Origin: Lama guanicoe
Taxonomy: Eukaryota
Direction: 5' to 3'
NCBI GenBank assembly: GCA_013239625.1
Contig: MU054391.1
Location: 1,889,130 to 1,953,129, forward strand
Length of the DNA: 64,000 bases
The notes beneath the pieces are model-generated. The model was not told the origin of the DNA and ran no database searches. It saw nothing but the letters and a program-made list of their open reading frames with translations. This document shows, piece after piece, positions 36,500 through 47,402 of this stretch (positions within the stretch are counted from its first letter, which is position 1; the number at the start of each line of letters is the position of its first letter). A program made the translations under genes and the position numbers.

Positions 36500-38340
36500 T
36501 GGTTCATTCATTCATGTACGAAGTGCATATTAAATATCTGTTAGTGTGCTGAGCCATGAAGAAGAATGAAGATGAGGGAAGTGAGCTCATCACCCTGGAT
36601 TTTGTGATTGATCAGTGGTGTGCAGCCTGTGTTTGAGTCAGACAGGGGCCAACACAAGCTCAGAGAAACGTGGGGTGAGGCTGGGAGGGAGGAAGGCTCC
36701 CTGAGACTTATGAAGCGGCAGTTACGTGCACTTAGCCGTGAGAAGGGCTGGGATTTCAGTGCTGCGCACAGGGGGCGTTCCAGGAGGTGTGAGCAGAGAC
36801 CCCGCAGTGGGCGGTGAAGTCATCAAGGCCCCACTGTGACCTGAGCCAGAGGAGTCATCGGAGGTGAGCTTTGGCCAGTTACAGAAGTCTTGCTTTCGGG
36901 CTTTTAATTCACCCTGGAGATAAGTGGGAGCTGCTGAAGATCTTTGAGCAGGAGACAAAAAGTATCAGAGGTATGATTTGGAAAGACGTGCCAATCTGCA
37001 GCATGTGGGTTGGGGTGACATGAGCCAGGAAGATCGGTTCCCATGACACCTGGTCCGCTGTTCTGCTTCCTTCCCACGGTTCATGGTCTTACCCGTGGCT
37101 GACAGACTCCTTCTCTCAAAGTTTCCCTCTCTGCTTCCCTCTCCCCCTCCCTCCCTCTCCTGTGCCTTCTCACTTATCCGTTTATCCAGCAGTTGGCTGT
37201 GGAATCCCAGCCCCAACTATTTGTCACACTGATCCTGGTGCAGATGATGTGGATGCTGTCAGATGCCCCCCTTGGCCTGGAGAGTCGCCCAGTCCAAGAG
37301 GGTGTGATGTGACATGTGAGGAGTCGGGAGTGAGTGCTGAGTAGGGCACTGGAGGCCCCTGCCGCTGACCCACCTGAGATGGGATCGGAAGGTTTCCTGG
37401 GAGACCTGATGGTCCTTCTGAGTCTTGAAGGAAGATGAGGAGCTGGTTAGGTGAACGGGGTTTAAGGAGGGATGACACTCCAGGTCAAGGAGCCTGAGGT
37501 ACCAGGAATGAAGCAGTGAGGGTGCCTTCACCACACACACAAATAGATCAGTACGGTGCCTCTTCGCCCAGAATGACGCCTCCTCCAGCAGCTGCAGGTT
37601 CGCAGAACCGTCCGGAGCACAGCCTCACTCCCTGCAAGACTTGGCACCTGCCCAGAAAGTCCCATCCAGACTACATTTTCCAAAGTTGTATCTTCCACTC
37701 ACCCACATCATCTTACCCTGCTTATTTACTTTTCATGTCATAGTTCACCTTCTAACTTACTATAGCTATTTTATTTTGAAACATACCTGTCTTCACCCAC
37801 CTCTTTCCTATTCCCGCCTCACCTCCCATCAGTAGAACATAAGCTGCAGGAAGGAAGGGTTTCTGTTTTGTTCACTGTCACGGCCCTGGTGGCTGGAAGG
37901 AGGTGGGAGGCATCATTCTGGCTGGGTGACATTTGTGGACTGAACAAGCAGACCTCCTGCACTTGCTCCTGGCATCTTTCTGTCACCCCCCATCTATTCA
38001 TCTCTCCTCCTGCCGCAGGTGGAACCCGCCCTCCTCTGTGCCAGCCTCCGTCAGGACTTCTCTCCGTCAGCACACGGTTCTCTTCTGCATCTCCAGCTCC
38101 TCATTTCTGCTGGGCCCTTCCCCTCAACTCACCACCATGCCTCCATCTCTCTGTGCAGCAAACGAGCCAACAGGCACATCCTCCCTCTGACATGGGTACT
38201 CTCTTTCTTCCCATTCCAACCAGGCTTCTTGGAAGGGGAGCCTTCCTCTGCCTCCGGACTTCCCTAAGTGCCTACCACTCCTTAGGCCACCACTCTCTAG
38301 CTTCTGCCATAAAGTGCCTGTGGAAGGTCCCCCATGACCT
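36500..38340. mobile_element. Cluster of L2 fragments in both orientations
   Basis: ttcattcattca..aagtgcatattaaatatctg; ctgagtcttgaaggaagatgaggagct; tagaacataagctgcaggaaggaagggtttctgttttgttcactg. Confidence 0.65.
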
Positions 38341-38366
38341 CATCTCACCATCTGGTGGGCGTCTGC

Positions 38367-39283
38367 TGTGGGCTAACTTGTGTCCCTCAAAAGGGACATG
38401 TTGGGGGCTTAACCCACAGCACCTGTGCCTGGGACCTTATGGAGAAGCAGGGTCTTCACAGATGGGATCACTCAGGTGGGCCCTAACCCAGTGACTGGTG
38501 TCTTTAAAAGAAGAGGGAAATTTGGACACAGACACAGAGGGAAGAGGCCACGTGGTGAAGAGGCGGAGATTGGAGTGATACGTCCGCAACCAAGGGACAC
38601 CAAGGGTTGCCAGTGACCCCAGAGGCCGGAAGAGGCAGGAAGGATTCTGCCCAGAGTCTCAGGGTGTGCAGCCTTGCTGTGTAACGGGGAAGAACAAATC
38701 TGACTCCACACTGGATCCGTTTCTTTTGTTTTAACCTTTGTATCCACTGCTTTTGCTACAAGTTAAGAGTGTTACCTGTAGCCTGAAATATACAGGATAC
38801 GCAGCCGGTTCTCCAGGCTCGGACTGTTAAAGGTGTAACACTTCCATTCACACAGAGATAAAAAGTTGCAGAACAGAGAGTAACATTTGATTGTTGGAGG
38901 TTTACAGGAACATCATGGCCTGGCCTAGAGCACAGCTTCACGAACAAAGGGTTCTGACACCAAAAAGGTGGCAACAACCAGCCACACCCCCCTCCTTTTA
39001 GTATAAAGGAAGACTCAGCTCTAACTCAGGGAAGACGGTTGTTTGGGACCCTGGTCCACCATCTTCTCAGTCTGCTGGCTTTCCAAATACAGCCTCTGTT
39101 CCTTGCTCCAATGCCTCGTCTCGATTTATTGTCCCGTCCTGTGGCAGGCGGTAAGAGCTTGGACTCAGTAACACCCACACCTTGATTTTGGACATCCAGC
39201 CTCCAGAGGGGAAAGAGCAAATTTCTGCAGTTTACGCTCGCCCATCTGTGCACTTTGTTCTGGCCGCCCTAGCAGACAAAGGC
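38367..39283 (+). mobile_element. MLT1-family LTR split by a younger LTR
   Basis: tgtgggctaacttgtgtccctcaaaa...ggccctaacccagtgactggtgtctttaaaagaagagg... resumes acaccttgattttggacatccagcctccaga. Confidence 0.85.
38680..39173 (+). mobile_element. ERV1 solo LTR, MER41-like
   Basis: tgtaacggggaagaacaaatctgactccaca...ggactcagtaaca; TATA-like gtataaa at ~39001; family name is from memory. Confidence 0.65.
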
Positions 39284-40040
39284 AGCGTCTTTCAGTTCTA
39301 AGTTCATTTGGCCTCTCGAAACATTTGACAAAATCAGTAATTCTCTCCTCCTTAAGATGCCTCTTCCTCCTTGCCTTCCCGTCCTCCTCTCTGGCCCTTC
39401 TGCTTGGTTTCTTTTGGTGCCTTTGAGGCCTCCCCTACCCACTTAAAATGCTGCTTTTCCCTGTGAGTTAGGAGAGAAGTTGGAATGAGACATTGTCAAC
39501 AGCAAGTCTGAGTTCTTATTTTTTGAAAAGGTTTTTGGTTAAAATGAACCAGAACATTTAGGGCACCAGCCTCACCCCTCACCCCTAAATACTGTGAATA
39601 AATAGCTTTGATGACCAGGAAGAGACTAAGGCTTTTGTGAGGCCTGTAACAGGGAGGCATTCATGGAGATTTTCATGGGAACAGGCAGGGCCTGGGTTCT
39701 GAAGTCTTTCTCCTTCTCTACCGAGTGTGTGTTTTATCAAGTTAACCCGGCAGCGGGACTGAGAGGCAGGGGTGGGGAACAGGGGTCGTTATTGTGGTAA
39801 TTGAAGGAAGAAATAGTTTTTCTAAGGTCTCAAAGGGTAGGAAAAATGCAAAGCCTGGAGGGGGCTGTTGGAGGAAACCTGCGGCCCAGGGGGGAGCGTT
39901 TTCGGGGCCTCTGACCAGGAGCTGGCAGTGACTGACATCTGCTCCCGCAGGCCCGCGTCTCGGGCTGTGGGGATGGAGACCTGGCCCGTCATCTGCTGAC
40001 CTGGGCTCCTGTCTCAGCCAGAAGACCTGGCGGGAGGGCT

Positions 40041-40335
40041 TGTCGCCTGGGAAGTCACACAGGGTGGGGAGCTACGCATGCCCACCTGGGTCCCGCCTCT
40101 GTCACCTGGGAAGTCACTCAGGATGGGGAGCTGTGCATGCCCACCTGGGCCCCGCCTCTGTCACCTGGGAAGTCACTCAGGATGGGGAGCTGTGCGTGCC
40201 CACCTGGGCCCCGCCTCTGTCGCCTGGGAAGTAACTTAGGATGGGGAGCTGTGCGTGCCCACCTGGGCCCCGCCTCTGTCACCTGGGAAGTCACGCAGGG
40301 TGGGGAGCTGTGCGTGCCCACCTGGGCCCTGTCTC
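40041..40335. repeat. 59-bp minisatellite, ~5 copies
   Basis: tgtcacctgggaagtcactcaggatggggagctgtgcgtgcccacctgggccccgcctc starting at 40041, 40100, 40159, 40218 and 40277. Confidence 0.95.
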
Positions 40336-43300
40336 TGCCTCAGGTCCTGGGATTCCTTGCAGCTCAGAGGTTCTGCTCCTCGTCACGAAGCATGGAGGCT
40401 GCACTGAAATGTCTGAGACTCCTGCTGCCTTCTTGCCTCCTGATGGTAACTCCTCACACCCTCCTGCACTCGTCCACAGCGGAGCGAGCCCTGTGTGAAC
40501 TAGAGTCAGGCTGTGAGGCCCCCACCTCCCGGGTCCCCACTCTGGGACCTCGACCAAGCAACTCGGCCTGGTTTCCTCACCTGGGAAGTGAGCACCCTGG
40601 ACCAGAATAAGGACCAGTCAGGGCACACGTGGCCTCAACCTTGGTTCTGTGGCTCTGAGTGTCCCAGACATGTGGCCATGGTGTGGTGGCTTTCAGAAGA
40701 CGACAGAGCAGTCAGGGCCATGGAGCTTGGAGCAGGTGCTTCCTAAATGCTCCTGTGTGCACACATCACCCAGATCTTGTTAAAACGCAGGCTGCTTCAG
40801 TGGGTGTGGGGGGGAGATCTGGCTTTTCTAGGATGCAATGCTGCCACTGCTGTCCTGCCAGCCACACTGCAGCAGCCAGGGTGCCGTGGAAGCTGAAAGA
40901 CAGTGGTCTCTGCTTATTGTGTTTTAACTGGACACACCCCTCTCGGCCAGTGCAGCCACCCTTCGATCAGCCTCCTGAAATGAAACTGCCACACTTAGCA
41001 GTTCAGTGTCATCTTAACTCCCAAACACATGGGGACCCAGCAGTACACACACCGCGTTTTAAGCACATATGTTGATTAACTGGATTCCAAATCCTTGCTA
41101 CACTTCCAGCAGCCTGGGTGGGGCAGATTCTCACAACACACGTCCCTCTGCCTTCAGGATCCACAGCAGTCCTGGCCCCTCTGCTGTGAGTCTCCAGCTC
41201 AGCTCTGATTAACCAGAGTAGCACATCTGTCACAGCTTCCAGGGGAGGGCACACCACAGTCCAGTGGTTTCATTTCATGAAAGACAGTGCTTAGGGTGGG
41301 CTGGCAGAATTCTGGGAGAGAGCAAGGGACAGTGGCATGTGTGTGCCCTGAAGAACCTGGGGGGAGACTGTCAGATGGCAGAGAAAGATGATGGCCTCAG
41401 ATCTGACACTGAGCCCCTCCGACTGGGCTGAAGAAAAGCTGGTGCCATTTAACACATGATGGGGCAAAGGCAGTGCGCTAATATTGGGCCGAGCGCCACT
41501 GAGTCGTGAGCAACTCAGCTGGGCAGCTCGCCACTCTGTCAGCGCTGGGCGACCTCTCTGAGACGGAGATCCTGACATCAGTCAGCACAACCATAGACTC
41601 TCACTGGTGTCACAACTGATGCTCACAGCAATGACCCAGGGGCCTCCAAGACCAAGAAATGCCTTTTGCATCATCAAAGAAAATTAAATTTTGTTCTGTA
41701 GAGTTTGATACTGAGGTTCCCTGGAAACTGAAAATCAGCAACCCATGTGGCTATATTAATTCTCTAGTAAACTGAAGTGTGCGTTTCTCACTCTGAAAAG
41801 CACATCTGCACACCCATCAGTAAAAGCTGCTCTAGGCCTTGAGGAGGCAGCAGGCAGGATGTGGGCTGAGCGAACACCCCGCTGTTCAATTCCCGGTTCT
41901 CTCGTGGCCTCGTCTGCGCTCCGGGTCTCCAGCTCTTACTGTTTGCCTGATGCTCTGTCTCCATCCTGAGCTGGTTGCCACGTCCCGGGAACCTGTAACG
42001 AAGCAAGTTGCTAAGTGGACTGAGCGACAGGCAGGTGTAACAGGAAGGCTGTCAGAAGATGGAAGTTCTAGTCTCACTCCTCCCTTCTGCTTTTATGGAG
42101 CTGGAGACTAAACAGACTCACAGTTCAGATTCAGTGGCTGTGTTTGCCGATGAGGAATGCATTTCCTTTGCGGTGTGTCTCCCAGGATCTAACGAGACGA
42201 CACTTGTGGAAGCAATTTGTAACCCCTGCAACTACCAGGCAGACGATCAGGACTGTTCTCCGGGAACTGTTCCGTCGCACACACTCTCCTGCCCCTTCCC
42301 CGTGTGGAGGGTGTCGGGCAGCTGCCTGAGAGGAGAGGAAGTCGGGGGCTGGGCATTTAGCTTCAGGATCAAACTTACCAGAGCTGCAACCCCAGAGTCA
42401 CAAAAATAACACAGAAACCACAACTGGAAAAAACGAACTCTGATTTGACAAATAGCTAAACTGTACAAAACCATGACATGCAAGCACACCCTCCCAGCTC
42501 AGATCACGTCACTCCAGCTCCTTCAGGCCCGCGTTTCCCAGGATTAGGTGGCGGGCAAGCTGACTCAACACGGTCACTAACTCAGTGCTCGGGGCACTGC
42601 TGTCTCTTCTGGCAACCCTTGATCCTCTCGAACTTCTGTCTACCACGATTGGTGTCTAATCCAACCCTCTTACCCCGTCCGTTCCCTTCCGGGATTTCCC
42701 GCCTTTGAAACACTACCGAGACACATTCAAGTTCAGTGAGCCGAGCCTGTGCGGTCAGCCGGCCTTCCTGGTCCCCCCTGCACAGCAGTGGCCACGGTCA
42801 GGAAGCTGCAGCCACCACAGCACCTGCCTGAGAAACCGATGACCAAAGAGCAAAACACAGGGCCTAGAGCTGCCCAAAGTCAGTACTCACATCACCACCG
42901 CGGGAAAGGTGCTCTCTGCCCCCTTCCATTTCAAGCGTCTTGCCTGTGTGCATTTCACTGGCAGAAACTAAACCACATCTAAAATTCAGCTGCAAGAAGT
43001 CTGGGAAACGCTGCTTTTAGCCTTCTAGGCTCTATGACCTGAGGGCAGGGAGCACAGAATGGGACGGAAGTAGAAGCCAGCACCCACAGACAAACTATAG
43101 CACGGGCTACCTGTCAACTGCCTGTGCTGTCCGTCTGTCCGTCCGTCTGTCCATCCATCCATCCATCCGTCTCCCTCCCTATCCACCTGACTGGAGGCCA
43201 TGCTGCAGGTGGAAACAGCCATGCCTTAGGTGCAGGGGACCTGAGTTTGGTCCTTTATTTGTTGTGATCTAAGGAAAATTCGCTTACCCTGGAGTTTCCT

Positions 43301-43546
43301 CGATGTGTAAAGAAGATTCTAAAACTTATTTCCCAGCATTTTTATTAGGATTAAATGACCCAGTTCCAAATTTGTGGAATGACAAGACTTCTTGAAACGT
43401 TTTGGAGTATTCACAGAAACGGTACGAACGTCACACAGCATCGCGCGCTCTCCGTCGCCACGCTGTGGGCAGCAGCCACGGCCACGGACGGGCTGATGAG
43501 GGGCCTCTCGGGGCCGGCTGCGCTCCCCGGGCGGACGCCTGCTCAC

Positions 43547-45527
43547 CTCCTCCTCTTCTGTGAAGGCCGGGGGCGCGTTGCCTTGCTGGTTACTCCGCCT
43601 CACGCTGTGCGTGTGGCCTCTGATAGCTGGCGTCCTCAAGGCAAGTGACTTGGCTTGCTTTTAACCCTGTCGTTCTGCGCTGAGGTTCCCTATTTTAAGC
43701 AATACAATAAAACCGCTCTTAGGCAGAGGGGCAGATTCATTTCCTCAAAAGCTTGGGGACTATATAAGCATATTCTTCTTCAGTGATTATTATTGACTGA
43801 AAGAATGCGGCGTCCAACGAGTAAGATGAAACAGGAGATTTCTGCTCTTAAGACACTTACGTCACATTTTTGCCATTTTTGGGGAAGAATACTTGTTATA
43901 TGGTTAGATCTTGACTATAAAAATTTTAAAGTATGGGTAAAATATTTGCCATAGAGGCTCAGTGTAATTTAAACAATTATTTTACCTTTCTGTGTGTTGG
44001 CCCAGGGAAGCAGACGGCAATCTGGAGAGGGTCTTAGGTCGGGGAGATTTCACTGGTCCTGCAGGGTCTCCAGTCTGGATTCAAGGCTTCACGGAGGGGA
44101 GCCGCGCCCTCCGGACTCCCGGGGTTTCCTATGGTGACGGACAGGGAAGCTGAGTGTTAGTAGCAGTCCCGAGACTTTTGGTCAAGAAAGCAGGTTCCAC
44201 CGCTGGTATCTGCTTCCTTTTCAGGAGGAAACTGCTGGAAAAGCGCGGTGGGCGGTGCCCTTGAGGACCTTTACGTCAGGGATGGGGTATGCGCCTTAGG
44301 GGAGCGGAGACCACCGCAGTTATGAAGAGACAGAGGAAGGGAGGTGTTGCACAGAGGAGACGCTAAGGCTGCTGGCCTTGAGTTGTCAGCTTTTATAAAG
44401 GGCTGGTGCCTGTCCTGCAGGGTTTGGACTGGAGGGCGGTTCTGCTCATGCTGGCAGGACTCTAATTCCCTTGTTTTCTGAAAGAGTGCAAATCACTCTC
44501 TTTGTCATCTTTTAAAATATATACTTGGTGTGTGTACACAAACGAATAAACCTGTCATGTGTAAGTTACAAGACACTGCACTGTGATGAGTGCCTGTGAA
44601 CCCATCACCTTGTCCGAGGTCCAGGGGTTGCCTTGTTGTCTGTCCTCTACCCCGTCCCATTCTCCTACTGACCCAGGAGCCACCTCTTAACTGTGTGTTT
44701 GTCATCCAGTCACTATTTTTTTAAAATAATTTTATCATGTATGCATATGTTATGGGTTGTGCTGTGTCCCCCCAAATCCACATGTTGGAGCCCTAACCGT
44801 CAGGACCTCAGAATGTGATTCTCTTTAGAGATAAGGTCTTTACAGAAAAATCAAGTCAAAATGAGATCATTAAAGTTGATCCTCATCCAATATGACTGGT
44901 GTCCTTAAAAAACGGTGAACTTTGGAGACAGACAGGTTATGCTCGCAGGGTTCCTGGTGGAAACATCGGGGTTCAGGAAAGTGGTCTTATGTGTCTAAAC
45001 CCACAGAAGACATAACTGGCGAAGACAGGTTGCCATCGACCCCAGGTCCCTGTGATTCCAAGACGCGGGCTGTGGTCCTTGGCCATTCATCAGAGCTGCA
45101 GCACGTTAATACTCGTCCCTAATCTCCCAAGAGGGTGAGAAAATAAAGGAAACATTTGTTGATTTTTATTAATAAATACCTTTTAAGGATTTTTAAGAAG
45201 CTAAAACAGATATTCAGGTAAGAGATGTCTAAAAGGGCTTTTGGACGTGTTTAATAGGGAATGGCTCAAACATAAGCTCTGGGAGCTGATTTTATAACTG
45301 TACGTTGTGTACATACATAAATATATACACCTGAATTCATGTGAACTCATTTGATATATATTTAAAAAACATACTCCTATGTATATTTCTAAGGATGCAC
45401 ATCTCATTATCACCTGGAGTGTCGATTCATCTGAAAATCTGTTTCTAGGTTTAAACTATTTGGGTTTTCTGCTCTTCTTAGTTTCTACATATAGATTTTT
45501 TTCTTCTGATTAGCTAAACCCATCAAT
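43547..45527 (-). pseudogene. Chain of four fossil exons: 45527-45414 (114 nt), 44477-43986 (492 nt), 43914-43861 (54 nt), 43689-43547 (143 nt)
   Basis: All four have AG acceptors and GT donors (gtgata, gtaaaa, gtaagt, gtgagc). The first three lengths are multiples of 3 and read in phase 0 with few stops, e.g. IDGFS*SEEKNLYVETKKSRKPK*FKPRNRFSDESTLQ. Confidence 0.6.
44748..44935 (+). mobile_element. MLT1 LTR 5' fragment
   Basis: tgttatgggttgtgctgtgtccccccaaatccacatgttggagccctaacc...atccaatatgactggtgtcctt. Confidence 0.8.
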
Positions 45528-45939
45528 CTGAAATTATAAAACTTGATTCTAAACAAGTGTGTTGGACATAGGTGTCACTGTGGGATCAGACATGCCCACA
45601 CACGCACATACTTTGACACCACAAGCACGTCCTTTATTCTGCTTCCCCCCGAACCCCGGCACCTAGTATCTCAGTGACGCCAGGAGCCGCACGAAAAGTG
45701 AGTACTCCCCTTTCTGAAGTGTTCCAGCTGTTCACGATGAGAAGTGAGTCTTTCCTTCTAGCAGGTTCGAGGTGAGCCTGCCAGTAAAGTCCTGTTTTCC
45801 GTGGTTTTATTGATTTGTTTTGGCGTTCGTTGAATGCTGCTGTTAAAAGACATCGTTGACAGCTGATTTGCACTATTTCAGCAGATTTTAACCAGCCGGA
45901 GGGAAAAATGGCTCCTGTGCAAGCTTTCCTCGTCCACAG

Positions 45940-46340
45940 GAAGCGTGGAGGCAGCCGCTGCGGGCACTGGCACTGGGAAAGCAAACCGAAAGCTATTCAG
46001 GCTGACGTGCGCGTGGCGGGGCGGGGAGAGGGCGCTAATGAGACGCTCCGGTGGACTGTAACAAGCAGGGCATTCGGGGCTGGAGAGGCCTAGCAATCGG
46101 GGCTCAGGCGGACGGCGGGCTCCCCCGCTCCCGGCAGGCGGGCCGGGCCGCTCCGCGCATGCGCACGGGTTGTCCTGCTCCGCGCGGCCCGGGTGCGCGG
46201 TCGGCTTTGTCCGCCAGCCCCGCCCCGGGCTCCCCGCGCGGAACTCTCTGCCTCGGTGTTAGAGAAACGTTTGCGCTTCAGTTTCACCCCGTAACTGTTC
46301 CCATCCCCGGCCGGTAATGCGCAAGGATGCCGAGAGACTG
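45940..46340. promoter_or_regulatory. CpG island with promoter-like motifs
   Basis: NRF1 palindrome cgcgcatgcgca at 46154-46165; GC box ggcggggcgggg at 46015-46026; tgacgt half-CRE at ~46003. Confidence 0.55.
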
Positions 46341-46399
46341 TGTGAAATAAATGGGGACGTTCCACCTGACTTTTCAGAGAAAGCGCCGCACTAATGGTT

Positions 46400-46770
46400 G
46401 TCCATATTATTATTAAATAAATATTAAATACATATTAATATTTATTTAGAGCCCTAATTTATTATTGTAACTATCCGTTATTTAATATAATATTGATCGT
46501 ATGCTACTACAAGCTCTGTATTCACGTTGCATAAGGCATTAATACCCCGTATGTATTATATAATTAATAATTGTGTATGAATATACAGTGTGTTATATGT
46601 CTTGGTACTATACATGCCTTTAATATACAATATTATACAGCCTAATGTCGACTGTGTTAATGTATGTCATATTAACATGTAATTAATTATATTTAGTTAA
46701 TTGTATTTAGTTAATTGTTATTAATTGCTGCACATTATAATTAATTATCTCATCGATCATATTAATTACA
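46400..46770. repeat. AT-rich low-complexity tract
   Basis: tattattaaataaatattaaatacatattaata... Confidence 0.8.
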
Positions 46771-47402
46771 GGTATGTTCTTATTTAAGAAACCCTGATAA
46801 GGATGAATGAAAGAGACAAGCTGGACTTGAGATGGTTCTTTAAACTCTGTCTTTTTGTTGTTCCCTTTACTCACAGACCCCGAGTGCTTACAGACAGGGC
46901 TGGGAGACAGAAGGGGTGCCGGCTGAAACAGCGGCCTCGGTGCTGATTGCAGATCAACCACAGACTCAGATAAATTGTCTTTGATATAAATAATCAGTAT
47001 AAAAGTATAATTTAATTTAGTGGAAAGATTTGCACATGTTTTTGCTGACTGTCTCTATTTGGTGAGGCGGGTGACAGAGGAGCAAGGACCCAGGACCCAG
47101 CATTCAGGGTTCCAGTCCTGGCTTCATGCTTTCCTGCTGCGGGACCTTCGGTGCCTTCAAGCCATGCTCACTTCCAGGAGGGTTTTAGGGACCAGGTGTC
47201 ACCAGGGCTGTGCACTGACTTTACCTGTGGTGGCGCTTCATGCACACCAGGGAAATGGGCACACGTGGGCGTTGCACGAGGGTTGTCGCTGGTCACTGTA
47301 TTCAGGAACTCAGGAAGCACAGGAGAAAATGCCTCCTTTTTGTTTAACCCTGACAGCTCTCTTTTTTTCCCTAACAAAAATAATGCCTATTATTTTCCCT
47401 AC

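Noticed and set aside
40041..40335. CRISPR-like array or the 157-aa ORF 40137-40610
   Set aside because: Head-to-tail repeats without unique spacers in a mammalian genome; the ORF is repeat-derived
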